From positions 14,944,001-15,008,000 of the forward strand of contig CM059433.1 in the NCBI GenBank assembly GCA_030390025.1: DNA of 64,000 nucleotides. The letters are read 5' to 3'. Position 1 is the first letter of the stretch. The number at the start of each line of letters is the position of its first letter. Shown in pieces: positions 62,150-64,000 of this stretch. The notes below the pieces were generated by a model, which saw only the letters and a program-made list of their open reading frames with translations, ran no database searches and had not been told where the DNA came from. Both the position numbers and the translations under genes were made by a program. This DNA is from Squalus acanthias (lineage: Eukaryota).

Positions 62150-64000
62150 AAGGTCATATCGGGATGGCAGGGTAGGTGGTGTGCCGCAACTGCAGCATGT
62201 GGGAGTTTGTGGAGAGCATTTTGATCCCAGAGAACCACGTTTGCAGTAAGTGCCTGCATCTTGAGGAACTTCAGCTCAGAGTTTTTGAGCTGGAGTCTGA
62301 GGTGCAGACCTTGTTGGGCATCACGGATGGGGAGAGTTCCCTGTACACTTTGATCCAGGAGGCAGTCACACCCCTTAGGTTAGGTTGTGGTACAGGTCTG
62401 GTTAGTGGTCAGGGACAGGAGGGTGTGATTGCATCTCAGGCAGGTAAGGGGACCCCAGGTGCAGTGCTGGTGGAGCCTCAGCCTTTGCCCTTGTCCAACA
62501 GGTATGAGGTTCTTGCTGCCTGTGTGGATGAGGGAAAAGCCTGCAGGATGGATGAGCAAGCTGACCATGGCACCATGGTGCAGGAGACCATTCAAGTGGG
62601 TGGAGTGAAAGGGAATGTAGTTGTGGTAGGGGACAGTATAGTCAAGGGGATAGATACTGTTCTCTGCAGCCGCAACCGAGAGTTCTGAAGGTTGTGTTGC
62701 CTGCCCGGTGCCAGGGTTAAAGACATCTCCTCGCAGCTGGAGGAGAACTTGGAGTGGGAGGGGGAGGATCCAGTTGTCGTGGTCTACATAGGTACCAATG
62801 ACATAGGTAGAACTAGGAATGAGGTTCTTCTGTGGGAGTTTGAGGAGCTAGGATCCAAATTAAAAAGCAGAACCTCAAAAGTAATAATCTCTGGATTGTT
62901 ACCTCAGCTACGCTCAAATTGGCATAGGGACAAACAGATTAGAGGTTTAAATGCGTGGCTCAAAGAGTGGTGTGGGAGGAAGGGGTTTCAGTTCATGGGG
63001 CACTGGCACCAGTACTGGGGAAAAAGGGAGTTGTTACATTGGGACGGGCTCCACTTAAACCGGGCTGGGACCAGAGTCCTGGCGAACCGAATAACTAGGG
63101 CAGTAGACAGGGCTTTAAACTAATGAAGGGGGTGGGGGGTGGGGGGGAGCTGGTAGGATTCAGGAAAGAGTATATTTAAAAGCAGCGAGAGAAATGTCAA
63201 GGCTCTAGAGCAGAGTAGAGTTTTGGGTAAAAATAAGCAGAGTGGGTCAGGAAGGGACAGAGAGAGTAACAAAGTTAATAAGGCATCAGTGACGAAGGTG
63301 ACATCAGGGAAAAATATAAATAAGTCAAAGCTAAAGGCACTATATCTGAATGCGTGAAGCATTCACAACAAAATAGATGAATTAATAGCGCAGATTGAAA
63401 TTAATAGGTTTGATCTAATAGCCATTACGGAGACATGGTTGCAATGTGCCCAAGGTTGGGAACTAAATATTCCAGGATACTTAACTTTTAGAAAAGATAG
63501 GCAAAATGGAAAAGGAGAAGGGGTAGCCCTGATAATAAAGGATGGGATAATTCAGTAGAGAGAAAGCATTATAGCTCCATAAATCAAGAAGTAGAATCAG
63601 TTTGGGTGGAGCTAAGAAATAGCAAGGGGCAGGAAACATTTGTGGGAGTTGTTTATAGGACCCCAAACAGTAGTTGTAATGTAGGGCAGAGTATAAATCA
63701 GGAAATTAGAGGTGCATGTAACAAGGGTAATATCGTAATCATGGGGGACTTTAATCTACACATAGACTGGGCAAACCAAATTTGCAGGAATAATGTGGAG
63801 GACGAATTCATGGAATGTATGCAAGATAGTTTTCTAGAACAGTATGTTGAGGTACCAACTAGGGGACAGGCTATTTTAGATCGAGTATTGTGCAATGAGA
63901 AAGGGTTAACTAATAACCTTGTAGTAAAGGCACCTTTCGGGATGAGTGACCATAATATGATAGAATTTTATATTGAGTTTGAAAGTGATTTATTTAAATC
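62150..64000 (+). mobile_element. Degenerate CR1: ORF1 (Cys/His zinc-finger-like + SGNH esterase-like, ~62165-63123) and start of ORF2, running off the window
   Basis: CRNCSMWE..HVCSKC, PLSNRYEVL, VVVGDSIV, CCLPGARV, IGTNDIG, DGLHLN; ORF2 LYLNA*, ITETW, GDFN with stops and frameshifts. Confidence 0.9.

Overview
Repeat-dense vertebrate DNA, most likely from a cartilaginous fish (inferred from V-SINE/HE1-like and Deu-type SINEs plus shark-type CR1, Penelope-like and Harbinger families). I could not support any host protein-coding exon or RNA gene. The window is a mosaic of nested transposable elements. It holds a young CR1 LINE with an uninterrupted endonuclease/reverse-transcriptase ORF2 (2351-5317, minus) and a near-identical truncated twin inside a multi-level CR1 nest (58-64 kb). 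There are five co-oriented ~1.7-1.8 kb non-autonomous PIF/Harbinger elements, one decayed two-gene Harbinger (32.2-35.7 kb), and many Harbinger-type MITEs. Also present are Penelope-like GIY-YIG fragments with minimal hammerhead ribozyme motifs, RTE and L2 fragments, two related solo LTRs, a ~1.8 kb tandem duplication and a 1.35 kb 12-bp minisatellite. The most interesting observation is a correctly phased T_TTA_AAC slippery heptamer just before the ORF1 stop in all three CR1 ORF1/ORF2 junctions. In the intact copy a -1 shift there enters an ORF2 that has no AUG before the end of its endonuclease domain, which suggests programmed -1 frameshifting (inference). All family names come from motif recognition, not database searches, and boundaries of degenerate elements are approximate.
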